Positions 6,687-15,792 of a stretch of DNA of 16,054 nt are shown here, piece after piece. The translations under genes and the position numbers were made by a program. This DNA comes from a candidate division WOR-3 bacterium (GTDB taxonomy: Bacteria > Hydrothermota > Tepidihabitantia > Tepidihabitantales > Tepidihabitantaceae): NCBI GenBank assembly GCA_039801225.1, contig JBDRUH010000032.1:1-16054 (forward strand), read 5' to 3'. How positions within the stretch are numbered: position 1 is the stretch's first letter; each line of letters starts with the position of its first letter. The notes under the pieces were generated by a model that was not told the DNA's origin, did no database searches, and saw only the letters and a program-made list of their open reading frames with translations.

Positions 6687-7472
6687 ATGACAGCCAGTAG
6701 GTTTCAATCAAAAGCCGGGCGTCTTCTGGCAACAGGCTTTAGCCTGCTGGCTGTCATTTTTATTTCTTTTTCGGGAGTAATTGGCGGCGGGTGTGGCATT
6801 TATCGGGAGTATCTGCGGCGGGGCGAACTTTTGGACTCAATCTCAGTTCGGGTAAAACGACTGGAAAGGGAACAGAAAAATCAAAAGGAGTCTCTGGCAC
6901 AGTTGCGTGCCGAGTGTTTGACTTCTATAGAAAAGGTGGCGAACCGGATAGATGAGGTTGATGCCGAAGTGATTGATTTGGGTGAGCGGATAGATAAAAT
7001 TGGTCGTCGGGTGGGCGCCTGGCGCGGTGAGTTGAGTTCTGAACCTGCCGCACCACCCGAAACGGCAGTTTTTAAGCCCGATACCACCATCTCCGGAATT
7101 GATGCCGACCGCCTTTATAATACCGCCTACCTTGACTTCACCAAAGGAGATTATCAGGTTGCCATTACCGGTTTTCGCCGGTTTTTGAAACTTTTTCCCT
7201 CAAGCGAAATGGCTGATAATGCCCAGTACTGGATTGGCGAATGTTTTTATTCCTGCAATCAACTGGACAGCGCCGAAGTGGAGTTTAAAAAGGTGATAAG
7301 TTCCTATCCTGAGGGCAACAAAGTTCCCGATGCCATCTATAAACTCGGTCTAATATATCAGTTGCAAGGTAAAACAACCAGTGCCCGGCGTCAGTTTAAT
7401 GAGGTCATCAATAAGTATCCAAAAAGCCCTGCGGCGAAACTCGCTGAGGAGCGTTTGAAATCACAACCGTAG
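6687..7472 (+). CDS. cpoB: Tol-Pal system protein CpoB/YbgF (coiled coil + TPR)
   Basis: N-terminal hydrophobic segment ending GGGC (possible lipoprotein), then a coiled coil and TPRs LYNTAY...GDYQVAITGF, ADNAQYWIGECFY and NKVPDAIYKLG, ending YPKSPAAKLA. Directly downstream of pal. Confidence 0.88.
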   Translation: MTASRFQSKAGRLLATGFSLLAVIFISFSGVIGGGCGIYREYLRRGELLDSISVRVKRLEREQKNQKESLAQLRAECLTSIEKVANRIDEVDAEVIDLGERIDKIGRRVGAWRGELSSEPAAPPETAVFKPDTTISGIDADRLYNTAYLDFTKGDYQVAITGFRRFLKLFPSSEMADNAQYWIGECFYSCNQLDSAEVEFKKVISSYPEGNKVPDAIYKLGLIYQLQGKTTSARRQFNEVINKYPKSPAAKLAEERLKSQP

Positions 7473-7484
7473 TCTTTAAGTAAA

Positions 7485-8183
7485 ATGTCCCAACCTCAAG
7501 CCGGGTTTTTAACCCCATTTATCACCTCTGGTCCATTTGCATTAGGAATAATTATCCTCTTGTTTATAATGTCAGTGGTCAGCTGGGCGATATTCTTTTC
7601 CAAGAGCCGACAGTTTCGTCAGGCTACCCGGCAAACCCGACGGTTTTTAGAAGTTTTCCGAATCAGATATCGGTTTCAGGACTATCAGGAACTTACCCAC
7701 CTTTTTCCTGCCTCACCGCTAACAGCCCTTCTTATTGCTGCGGTGAAAGAATGGGATTCTCTCCAGAAAGAATGCGATAAAGAGACTTTAACCCAACTTG
7801 TCCCTAATATCACCGAGGCGATGGAAAGAGCCAGTTCCCGTGCGATTGAACGCCTGGAAAGTTCGCTATCTTTTCTGGCCATCACCACTATGGTGGCACC
7901 GTTCTTAGGACTTTTAGGCACCGTTCAGGGAGTTTTAAGAACCTTTCTTTCCCTTCGGGGCGCACAGTTACCAACATTACAACTGATTGCCCCAGGTATT
8001 TCCGATGCCTTAGTGACCACCGTAATGGGGCTTCTGGTGGCAATTCCAGCAGCACTTTTCTATAATTACTTTGTCGGCAGGGTGCATAACCTCCAGTCAG
8101 AAATGGAGCGGTTTATCTCAGAATTAACCGGCATATTCCGCCGCGAGGCGATAACTTCAGAGACGAGGAGTAGTATCCTTTAA
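7485..8183 (+). CDS. tolQ: TolQ/ExbB (MotA-family) proton channel protein
   Basis: Three TM segments; LFIMSVVSWAI, APFLGLLGTV and IAPGISDALVTTVMGLLVAIPA..FYN. Pal/CpoB context favours TolQ over ExbB. Confidence 0.85.
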   Translation: MSQPQAGFLTPFITSGPFALGIIILLFIMSVVSWAIFFSKSRQFRQATRQTRRFLEVFRIRYRFQDYQELTHLFPASPLTALLIAAVKEWDSLQKECDKETLTQLVPNITEAMERASSRAIERLESSLSFLAITTMVAPFLGLLGTVQGVLRTFLSLRGAQLPTLQLIAPGISDALVTTVMGLLVAIPAALFYNYFVGRVHNLQSEMERFISELTGIFRREAITSETRSSIL

Positions 8184-8596
8184 TGAATATGAAGCGAGAA
8201 AGAAGGCTTAAGTTTCTTGCCGAGATGAATATCACCTCTTTAGCCGATGTGAGTTTTACCTTGATGATAATCTTTTTAATTGCTGGTGTTTCTACCGCTT
8301 TGAGCCGGCAGCAAGGGATTGATTTAGACCTGCCACGAACCAGCCGTCCAGAGCCCCAGACTCGTCCTGGTCTGGTAATTGCAATTAAGTCCGATGGGCA
8401 GATTTTCATTGGCACGAAAGCGGTATCAAAGGAGGGTTTTCCCCAGGCATTGGCGAGCGTTCTCGCCCGGGGTGAGTATGAGCAAGTTTATCTTCAGGCC
8501 GACCGGCGGGTTGATTATGGAACGATAATTGAAATCCTGGGCATAATCCGCGAGCAGGGAATTTCCAGTATCGGTCTGACCGCCCTGCCAAAGTGA
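8183..8596 (+). CDS. tolR: TolR/ExbD biopolymer transport protein
   Basis: AEMNITSLADVSFTLMIIFLI TM with the conserved Asp, IDLDLP, and VYLQADRRVDYG..I..LG. Start overlaps the tolQ stop (TAATG). Confidence 0.85.
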   Translation: MNMKRERRLKFLAEMNITSLADVSFTLMIIFLIAGVSTALSRQQGIDLDLPRTSRPEPQTRPGLVIAIKSDGQIFIGTKAVSKEGFPQALASVLARGEYEQVYLQADRRVDYGTIIEILGIIREQGISSIGLTALPK

Positions 8597-8635
8597 AGAA
8601 CCGATGACTGAGGAGAAAAGAAGAAAACCCGAAAA

Positions 8636-9217
8636 GTGAAAAGAGAGCTTTTTATCTCTTTTACCGGTCATCTGGTTGTTTTTCTAACGGTTGGTTTTTT
8701 TACCGTCAAGCAGAAATCAAATCAAATCACCCGACCAGCGGTCATCACCGTCCAGATTTTAAAAGGCGGCGCTCAGGAGTCAGAAACACCCAAACCTACA
8801 CCCCGTTTGATTGAACCGGCGCCTAAACCGACGCCAAGTAAAAAGGATGCGGAAAAACCGAAACCGAAAGCCTCCAAGAAAGGAGATGATGGAATTGTCC
8901 GTCACCAGGGTTTAGGAGCAAAAATTGAGGGGATACAGGCATTGGGATATAATTATTATCTTCAAGAGATGCTGGAGCGTATTGGCGAAAACTGGGAAAA
9001 CCTCTATCACATTGGTAGTCAACAACTTAAGGCGACGGTGGTTTTTGTAATTGAGCGGGATGGTAGACTTGTTGAGATAAAATTGGAAAAGGGGTCGGGT
9101 AACGAGATGTTTGATGAGTCCTGCGTGCGGGCGGTTGCCGTTACAAAAAAACTGCCACCTTTGCCCAATGAGTTTACCGCGCCCCGAATTAAGATTCATC
9201 TTGAGTTTGAGCGGTGA
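8636..9217 (+). CDS. Short TolA/TonB-family energy transducer
   Basis: N-terminal TM with S-x3-H (ISFTGHL), Pro/Lys-rich linker (PKPTP...PAPKPTP...KPKPK), and C-terminal domain YL..M..RI..NW...VVFVIERDG...SG...FDESCVRAV....LPPLP. GTG start. Confidence 0.8.
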   Translation: MKRELFISFTGHLVVFLTVGFFTVKQKSNQITRPAVITVQILKGGAQESETPKPTPRLIEPAPKPTPSKKDAEKPKPKASKKGDDGIVRHQGLGAKIEGIQALGYNYYLQEMLERIGENWENLYHIGSQQLKATVVFVIERDGRLVEIKLEKGSGNEMFDESCVRAVAVTKKLPPLPNEFTAPRIKIHLEFER

Positions 9218-9234
9218 AGCAACTTTTTGTTCTT

Positions 9235-9243
9235 TGTTATAGT
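9235..9243 (+). promoter_or_regulatory. Possible extended -10 promoter for lemA-htpX
   Basis: TGTTATAGT (TGn + TATAGT) in the 48-nt gap after tolA, upstream of SD AAGGAG (9254-9259). Confidence 0.45.
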
Positions 9244-9265
9244 CAAATATAAAAAGGAGTTGTAG

Positions 9266-9814
9266 ATGGTAGTAATTATTATTGCGGTTGTCGTCGGGTT
9301 GGTGCTTATTTTTATTGTCGGCACCTACAACCTGTTAGTCAGAAGCCGTAACCGGGTTCAGAATGGCTGGCATCAGATCGATGTCCAACTGAAGCGTCGG
9401 ATTGACCTTATCCCCAACTTAATAGAAACGGTCAAAGGATATGCCGCCCACGAAAAGGCAATATTTGAAAAGATTGCTGAGGCTCGGGCAATGGCGATGG
9501 GTGCTAAGGGACCGATGGAAGCGGCAAAGGCAAACAGTCAATTAACCGAAACATTAAAAACCCTTTTTGCGGTGGCGGAAAACTACCCGGACCTAAAGGC
9601 GAATCAGAATTTTCTGAAATTGCAGGAGGAACTGGCTCATACCGAAAACAATATCGCCTTTTCCCGGCAGTTTTACAATGATGTGGTGATGGATTACAAT
9701 AACCGGGTCCAGATGTTTCCTTCCAATATTATCGCCGGTATCTTCAATTTCAAACCGGCGGAGTTTTACCGCGTGCCCGAGGCAGAACGAGAGGTGCCTA
9801 AAGTAAAGTTTTAA
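9266..9814 (+). CDS. lemA: LemA family protein
   Basis: N-terminal [65 protein letters not shown] and FPSNIIA. Confidence 0.95.
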   Translation: MVVIIIAVVVGLVLIFIVGTYNLLVRSRNRVQNGWHQIDVQLKRRIDLIPNLIETVKGYAAHEKAIFEKIAEARAMAMGAKGPMEAAKANSQLTETLKTLFAVAENYPDLKANQNFLKLQEELAHTENNIAFSRQFYNDVVMDYNNRVQMFPSNIIAGIFNFKPAEFYRVPEAEREVPKVKF

Positions 9815-9818
9815 AAAC

Positions 9819-10745
9819 TTGGTGAAGGAAAGGCAAAACCTATATCAGTTAATAGCCCGGAATCGGTGGGCGACAATCTTATTTATTACCATTTTTACCC
9901 TCCTACTGGCGACTGTCGGTTATGCATTGGGTTATTTCTTCCGCTGGGGTATAGAAATGTATCTATTCTGGGCTTTGTTCATCATTTTCTATAATATAAT
10001 TCTTTATTACAACTCGGATAAATTGGCACTGGCGATAAACCGGGCACAGCCCGCGCCGGTAGAAGAGTTCTATCAGTTGCACAACATCGTAGAAGAGGTA
10101 GCTCTAGCGGCCGGAATTCCTAAACCCAAGGTTTACATTATTGATGACGATGCACCGAATGCCTTTGCCACGGGCAGGAATCCCAACAACGCTGCGGTGG
10201 CGGTTACCCGGGGGCTGCTTGAAATGATGAATCGGGAAGAACTGCAAGGGGTCATCGCCCACGAGGTTGCCCATATCAGAAACTATGATATCCTGTTGAT
10301 GACGGTGGTGGCAATTTTGGGTGGACTTCTGATTCTCTTCCGTGATATCTTTCTCCGCTGGGGATTTTTTATGGGTGGCGGACGCCGACGCGACTCCCGT
10401 TCCCGCGGCGGTGGGCAATTGGGCTTGATATTGTTCCTTGTCGGAATAGTCTTGGCAATTTTAGCACCTTTATTAGTGGCTTTGATCCGTGCCGCAATAT
10501 CAAGGGAGCGGGAGTATCTGGCCGATGCTTCTGGTGCCTATATTGTGCGTAATCCTATCGGGCTGGCAAAAGCCCTGCGCAAAATCGGCAGTTACACCAA
10601 GAAGCTCCAGACCGCCTCGGACGCTACCGCCCATATGTGGACCGCCAACCCATTTGGCAGAGATAGAAAAAATGTTGCCAGCCTTTTTGCCTCACACCCA
10701 CCATTAATTGAGCGAATAAGACGCCTGGAGCAGCTGACCATTTAA
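9819..10745 (+). CDS. htpX: HtpX-like membrane zinc metalloprotease (M48)
   Basis: [23 protein letters not shown] zinc motif, [19 protein letters not shown] and LFASHPP..ERI.RL. The lemA-htpX pairing is common. Start is TTG 9819 or GTG 9822. Confidence 0.92.
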   Translation: MVKERQNLYQLIARNRWATILFITIFTLLLATVGYALGYFFRWGIEMYLFWALFIIFYNIILYYNSDKLALAINRAQPAPVEEFYQLHNIVEEVALAAGIPKPKVYIIDDDAPNAFATGRNPNNAAVAVTRGLLEMMNREELQGVIAHEVAHIRNYDILLMTVVAILGGLLILFRDIFLRWGFFMGGGRRRDSRSRGGGQLGLILFLVGIVLAILAPLLVALIRAAISREREYLADASGAYIVRNPIGLAKALRKIGSYTKKLQTASDATAHMWTANPFGRDRKNVASLFASHPPLIERIRRLEQLTI

Positions 10746-10812
10746 TAGGTGTAGGTTAAGGATGAGGTTGAGATTTCGCAGGTCCCGAAATCCCGAAAGC
10801 ACTCTGCGTGCT
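10746..10812. repeat. Degenerate hexamer tract plus short repeats/hairpins between convergent htpX and dnaE
   Basis: TAGGTG TAGGTT AAGGAT GAGGTT GAGATT (10746-10775); TCCCGAAA x2 (10783-10798); GATTTCG/CGAAATC dyad (10772-10792); AGCAC/GTGCT dyad (10798-10812). Confidence 0.45.
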
Positions 10813-10826
10813 AAAGGAACGCAAAC

Positions 10827-13800
10827 CTAAAGGTATGCCCTGCGGCTGTCGGCCGTTGACTGTCGGGTATAGGGTGGTAATGCACCAGTAAGTTTAACTT
10901 TATCATCGCCAAGAACCCCTTTTAACTCTGCAACTAAACCCGGTTCAATCTGAACACAATAATCTTTCAAAAGAACTTTCCTTTTCCATCCAGTAGTACC
11001 GACTACGTTTAAAATAACCGGTACCTGTCCGGGGAAACGCTTTAACACATCTTTCAATTTTAAAAGTGTTTTATCATCTAAATTCTCTTCCTGAACCTCA
11101 AGGATGAGCGATTTTATAAAGTTCTTGGCAATAGCAAAATCATAAACCCGCTCTGCCCAAATCTGCAGAATACCTCCACCGCCCCTTTCTTCGTTTCCTA
11201 AAATCTGGTCCATTCGCCCCACGCGCGGTTTGACCCTACCCTGGATTATAATAAGTTTCTCCGGCTCCAAGAGAGACCGACACTCTGACAAAAGGTCAGC
11301 GAAAACCATTACCTCTACCGACGATTCAAAATCCTCCAGGGTAATTATAAAATACTCCCGCCCTCTACGGTCCTTTTTAGTACGGCGTTTGGTGATAACT
11401 CCACCTATCGCTACTGGTGTATCTTCAGAAAAACCCTCCAAGAGAGAGGTAGGGACTAAACCGAGCGCCTCATATTCCGCCCGATATCGCTCTAAGGGAT
11501 GGGAGGTAAGGTAAAACCCTAAAGATTCCTTCTCAAATGTAAGAACTATTCCCCATTCCGCATCACGATTACTATCATCTTCCGACGCAAAATTTACCCT
11601 TGTTTCCCGGGACAACTTTACCTCTTCAAAAAGACTGGTCTGTTTTTCCTGAAACAAAAGCCTTTCTGATACCGCCTTGGCAATTTCGGAATCCAGTTCT
11701 TTGAGAAGGCGATACCGATAAGCGGCTATTGACTCCGCCAAACTGGTTTTGAAAGAATCAAACGCTCCGGCTTTGATTAATGACTCCACCGCCTTGCGGT
11801 TTATTTTTCCCCGGCACTTAGCACCTTTGCCACAATGGCGAATGAGAAAATCCAAGAGGCTCTGGTAAGGTCCTTCGGCTTTGCGCACATCAACAATCAC
11901 CGCCGCGGCACCCTCGCCGATGTTTTTAATTCCCGCCAGCCCAAATCGGACCTGCTCGTTTTCAATCGCAAAACCAACTTCACTGTGATTAATATCCGGA
12001 CCCAGTATGTTAATCCCCATTCTCCTCGCCTCTTGGACAAACTTTGCCAGTTTGTCTGAATCGTTCAATTCACTGGTCATAGCCGCGGCGATAAACTCTA
12101 CCGGATGATTTGCTTTGAGATAGGCGGTAATATAAGAAAGATAGGCATAACCGGCAGCATGGGACTTATTAAACCCGTAGCCGGCAAACTTCGCCAGGGT
12201 CTCAAAGATCTTTTCCGCCTTCTCCCTAGATATTCCGGCGTGTCTCATACAACCGGTTACAAATCGTTCTCTTTGTGCCGCCATCTCCTGAGGCAGTTTT
12301 TTCCCCATCGCCCGGCGCAGGATATCCGCCTGTCCTAAGGTATAGCCGGCAAGGACCTGAGCCGCCTGCATTACCTGTTCCTGATAAATCATAATTCCGT
12401 AAGTCTCCTGACAAAAAGGTTCTAATAGTTTATGTTCATATTCAATAGGTTCGCTGCCGTTTTTCCGCGCCACATAATTAGGGATTAAATCCATCGGTCC
12501 GGGGCGATAGAGGGCAATGAGGGCGATGATGTGTTCTAATCTTTCCGGTTTAGTCCGGGTGCAGACATCGCGCATCCCGGAACTTTCCAGTTGAAATACA
12601 CCCACCGTCTCACCCCGCTGGAGAAGTTCATAAGTCCGTTGGTCGTTAAAATTTAGCGTTGCCAAATCAATCTTCTTTCCGCTATGCCGGATAAGTTTTA
12701 TTGCCTCATCAATCACCGTTAAGGTGCGCAGTCCTAAGACATCAATCTTTAAAAGACCAATCGCCTCCAAAGAGTACATATCATACTGAGTGCAGGTATC
12801 ACCACCAGGAACTTTATAAAGGGGAACAAACTCAAGGAGTGGCTTTGGCGTAATCACCACCGCCGAGGCATGAACCGAGGCGTGCCGGCAGAGTCCCTCC
12901 AATCTGGTAGCGATTTCGTATAGTTTCTGATACTCCGGCTTTGCTCTTAACAAAAACATCAATTCCGGGGCGTCCTGAGAGACCCGACTTAACTCCATCC
13001 CTGGTGGAATCATCTTGGCAATCCGGTCCACCTCGGAAATGGGGATATCTAAAACCCGTCCAACATCCCGAATAGCGGCACGTGCCTGCATTGTTCCAAA
13101 AGTTATAATCTGAGCAACCGAATTCTCACCATACCGTTGCCGGATATACTCAATTACCTCTTGGCGCCGGGTATCGGCAAAGTCAATATCAACATCGGGC
13201 AGGGTAACCCTTTCCGGTGAAAGGAAGCGCTCAAAAAGTAGCCCGTAGCGCAAAGGGTCGATATCGGTAATGCCCAGACAGTAAAGGACCAACGAGCCGG
13301 CAGCAGAACCCCTTCCTGGTCCTACCGGAATATTTTTATTTCGGGCAAACTCAATTATGTCCCGGACAATAAGGAAATAACCAGCGAAGCCCATGCGCTC
13401 AATTGTTTTTAACTCATAATTAAGCCTCTCCTCCACTTTCGGGGTAATTTCTTGATAACGCCGCCTCAGTCCTTCGCGGGCGAGATGAGTAAGATAGGCA
13501 AACTCATCAGAAAATTCTTTAGGCGGAGAAAAAGCCGGTAAGTGAAAGCTTTTCCTTTCTAAATCTAATACCAGATTACACCGTTCAGCAATTTCCTGAG
13601 TTCGCAATACCGCTTCCGGCAGGTCCTTAAAAACCTCCTGCATCTCAATTTCGCTCCGGAAATAGAAGCCTGAACCGCTTAACCTCATTCGGTCTGAATC
13701 CTTAAGCCGTTTGCCGGTCTGGATGCAAACCACCACATCCTGCACTTGGGCATCTTCAGGTCTCAGATAATGGTTGTCGTTTGTCGCAACAATTGGTATA

Positions 13801-14417
13801 TCAAGGGTGTGGGAAATCTCCACGGTCTTAGGAATGACCCTTTCCTGTTCCGGGATGCCAGTACGCATCACCTCTAAATAAAAGTTATTTGGACCAAAAA
13901 TCTCCTGATAACTTGCCGCCGCCTCTAATGCCCGCTCAAAATCGCCTCGCAACAGATAAAAATTCACTTCCCCTTTCAAACAACCGGAGAGTGCGATTAA
14001 ACCTTTACTCAATTCCTTCAGCAGTTCTTTGTCAACTCGGGGCTTATAATAAAATCCCTCCAGGTATCCCAATGAGATGAGCCTCATTAAGTTATAGTAA
14101 CCTTTTTCATTTTCGCACAAAAGGGTAAGGTGAAAACTCGCCTCGGGAATATCTTCTCTAATCTCCTTTTCCCGACGATTACCGGGGGCAACATAAACCT
14201 CGGCGCCAATAATCGGTTTTAGTCCGGCACTCCTTGCCTCCTGATAAAACTTTATTGCCCCGAACATATTTCCATGGTCGGTTAATGCCAGGGCAGGCAT
14301 TTTGTACTCTACCGCTAATTTGACCATTTCCTCAATCCGGGAAGCCCCGTCTAATAGACTAAACTCCGAATGATTGTGAAGGTGAACAAAATTACTTCGC
14401 TTTTTCCCTTGGGGCAT
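10827..14417 (-). CDS. dnaE: DNA polymerase III subunit alpha
   Basis: 1196 aa. PHP domain FVHLHNHSEFSLLDG, ALTDHGNMFG and ATNDNHY; GPGRGSAAGS; catalytic LPDVDIDF and KIDVLGL; YQEQVMQ; FAGYGFNKSH; EKESLGFYLTSHPL; OB fold. No intein-sized insertion. Confidence 0.97.
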   Translation of the reverse strand: MPQGKKRSNFVHLHNHSEFSLLDGASRIEEMVKLAVEYKMPALALTDHGNMFGAIKFYQEARSAGLKPIIGAEVYVAPGNRREKEIREDIPEASFHLTLLCENEKGYYNLMRLISLGYLEGFYYKPRVDKELLKELSKGLIALSGCLKGEVNFYLLRGDFERALEAAASYQEIFGPNNFYLEVMRTGIPEQERVIPKTVEISHTLDIPIVATNDNHYLRPEDAQVQDVVVCIQTGKRLKDSDRMRLSGSGFYFRSEIEMQEVFKDLPEAVLRTQEIAERCNLVLDLERKSFHLPAFSPPKEFSDEFAYLTHLAREGLRRRYQEITPKVEERLNYELKTIERMGFAGYFLIVRDIIEFARNKNIPVGPGRGSAAGSLVLYCLGITDIDPLRYGLLFERFLSPERVTLPDVDIDFADTRRQEVIEYIRQRYGENSVAQIITFGTMQARAAIRDVGRVLDIPISEVDRIAKMIPPGMELSRVSQDAPELMFLLRAKPEYQKLYEIATRLEGLCRHASVHASAVVITPKPLLEFVPLYKVPGGDTCTQYDMYSLEAIGLLKIDVLGLRTLTVIDEAIKLIRHSGKKIDLATLNFNDQRTYELLQRGETVGVFQLESSGMRDVCTRTKPERLEHIIALIALYRPGPMDLIPNYVARKNGSEPIEYEHKLLEPFCQETYGIMIYQEQVMQAAQVLAGYTLGQADILRRAMGKKLPQEMAAQRERFVTGCMRHAGISREKAEKIFETLAKFAGYGFNKSHAAGYAYLSYITAYLKANHPVEFIAAAMTSELNDSDKLAKFVQEARRMGINILGPDINHSEVGFAIENEQVRFGLAGIKNIGEGAAAVIVDVRKAEGPYQSLLDFLIRHCGKGAKCRGKINRKAVESLIKAGAFDSFKTSLAESIAAYRYRLLKELDSEIAKAVSERLLFQEKQTSLFEEVKLSRETRVNFASEDDSNRDAEWGIVLTFEKESLGFYLTSHPLERYRAEYEALGLVPTSLLEGFSEDTPVAIGGVITKRRTKKDRRGREYFIITLEDFESSVEVMVFADLLSECRSLLEPEKLIIIQGRVKPRVGRMDQILGNEERGGGGILQIWAERVYDFAIAKNFIKSLILEVQEENLDDKTLLKLKDVLKRFPGQVPVILNVVGTTGWKRKVLLKDYCVQIEPGLVAELKGVLGDDKVKLTGALPPYTRQSTADSRRAYL

Positions 14418-14424
14418 TTAAGTT

Positions 14425-14453
14425 GTTATATCCTGATTTCGCTTACCTGTCAA
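14425..14453 (-). promoter_or_regulatory. Sigma-70-type promoter of dnaE, probably leaderless
   Basis: Minus strand reads TTGACA (14453-14448), 17 nt, TATAAC (14430-14425), 7 nt, ATG (14417). No SD. Confidence 0.65.
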
Positions 14454-14504
14454 TAAATTATATCCCACAATCTTAGTTCTTGGCGGTGAACTAAAGAGAA
14501 GGGT

Positions 14505-15722
14505 TTAACTACCTGAATAAACCAAACTACCATGTCTAAAAACCATCCGAACCGGATTGTGTCCTAACCGGTATATTAAATGGCGGTAATCGGGGACATC
14601 GGTTACGACAATATCCGCCCATTTACCCGGTTCAAGGCTACCCAGTTCTTGTTCCAATCTTAACGCTTTTGCCGCATTAATTGTAACCCCTCGGAGTGCT
14701 TCAACAATTGACAGACCGTAGTAAATACAGCCCAATTGGGCGGTGAGCATTTGAGAAAGAAGCGTGCAGGAACCGGGGTTAAAATCACTGCCTAAGGCAA
14801 TGGTTATTCTCAACTCCAGTAATCTTGCTACCGGAGGTTTATGCCTTTCCTGAAGGAAAAAAGTTGTTCCCGGTAATAGAACGGCAACAACTCCTTTTTC
14901 TGCCATCGCCTTCAGCCCGGTTTCGGAAGGTTTTAGAAGATGGCTGGCGGATACTGCTCCCACCTCACCAGCAACCTCAGCACCACCAGATGGTTCAATC
15001 TCATCGCAATGTATCGTTGGTAAAAGCCCAAATATCTTCCCAACCTCAAGAATTTCTTTGCTCTCCTGGGCATTGAAAACAAAGTTCTCACAAAAAACAT
15101 CACAAAACTTCGCCAGCCCCTCTTTTACCACCATTGGTATCATTTTACTAACAACCTCCTCTATATAGTCAGATTTGGCTGTACCCTCTGGAACTGAATG
15201 GGCACCAAGAAAGGTTGGCACAACCGTAACCAAACCGGATTCACCCAACCTTTTGGCAACACGTAATATCTTCAACTCATCTTCACAGGATAGTCCGTAG
15301 CCGGATTTAATTTCCACGGTTGTCGTTCCATATGAAACCATCTCCTTCAGCAATTTTAGTGACCGTTGGTAAAGTTCCTCCTCAGATGCCTTTCGGGTTG
15401 CCCGGACTGTGGAAAGAATTCCGCCACCCGCCTCAGCAATTTCCTTATAACTCCTTCCCTCTAACCGTGCCTCAAACTCATCAGCCCGCCAGCCCCCAAA
15501 AACTAAATGAGTATGCGGGTCTACAAAACCCGGCATAACCACACAACCACCGCAGTCAATCTCCGGCAATTTCTCGGTAACGCAACACCGGGGATGATCA
15601 CAGACCACGCTCACCCGACCATCCTCCACTACCACATACCCTTTCTCAACAATACCCAATCCTTCACCGCTCATCGTCAAAACTTGTGAGCAGTTTTTCA
15701 ACAGAAAACCGGTATCTGACAT
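14505..15722 (-). CDS. hutI: Imidazolonepropionase
   Basis: PGFVDPHTHLVFGG.RA.EF..RL.G.SY.EIA.AGGGI.STV.ATR, GTTTVEIKSGYGL, PTFLGAH, DVFCE, IHCDE, SASHL, LLPGT and SDFNPGS. ATG at 15722 (MSDTG) preferred to the GTG at 15740. Confidence 0.95.
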   Translation of the reverse strand: MSDTGFLLKNCSQVLTMSGEGLGIVEKGYVVVEDGRVSVVCDHPRCCVTEKLPEIDCGGCVVMPGFVDPHTHLVFGGWRADEFEARLEGRSYKEIAEAGGGILSTVRATRKASEEELYQRSLKLLKEMVSYGTTTVEIKSGYGLSCEDELKILRVAKRLGESGLVTVVPTFLGAHSVPEGTAKSDYIEEVVSKMIPMVVKEGLAKFCDVFCENFVFNAQESKEILEVGKIFGLLPTIHCDEIEPSGGAEVAGEVGAVSASHLLKPSETGLKAMAEKGVVAVLLPGTTFFLQERHKPPVARLLELRITIALGSDFNPGSCTLLSQMLTAQLGCIYYGLSIVEALRGVTINAAKALRLEQELGSLEPGKWADIVVTDVPDYRHLIYRLGHNPVRMVFRHGSLVYSGS

Positions 15723-15728
15723 AATATA

Positions 15729-15756
15729 AATATACCACACTCAACCTCAACTTCAA
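15729..15756 (-). promoter_or_regulatory. Sigma-70-type promoter of hutI, probably leaderless
   Basis: Minus strand reads TTGAAG (15756-15751), 16 nt, TATATT (15734-15729) with extended TGn, 6 nt, ATG (15722). No SD. Confidence 0.55.
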
Positions 15757-15771
15757 CTTTCAACCTCAACC
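15740..15771. repeat. Tandem (C/T)TCAAC hexamer repeat, 5 copies
   Basis: CTCAAC CTCAAC TTCAAC T TTCAAC CTCAAC C. Confidence 0.8.
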
Positions 15772-15792
15772 AGCCGACAGGGTGAGGAACTC

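Noticed and set aside
10827..14417. Intein, split gene or error-prone DnaE2 (imuABC cassette)
   Set aside because: Normal length, continuous motifs, intact PHP residues and C-terminal domain, and no imuA/imuB neighbours.
1152..15689. The many 60-130 aa alternative-frame or antisense ORFs (e.g. 3645-3869, 3795-4034, 6086-6469, 8113-8415, 10104-10418, 11230-11514, 14825-15076)
   Set aside because: They overlap well-supported genes and show no recognisable motifs; treated as shadow ORFs.
15723..15740. hutI N-terminal extension MWYIYI from GTG 15740
   Set aside because: This stretch is the AT-rich extended -10 region; ATG 15722 fits better.
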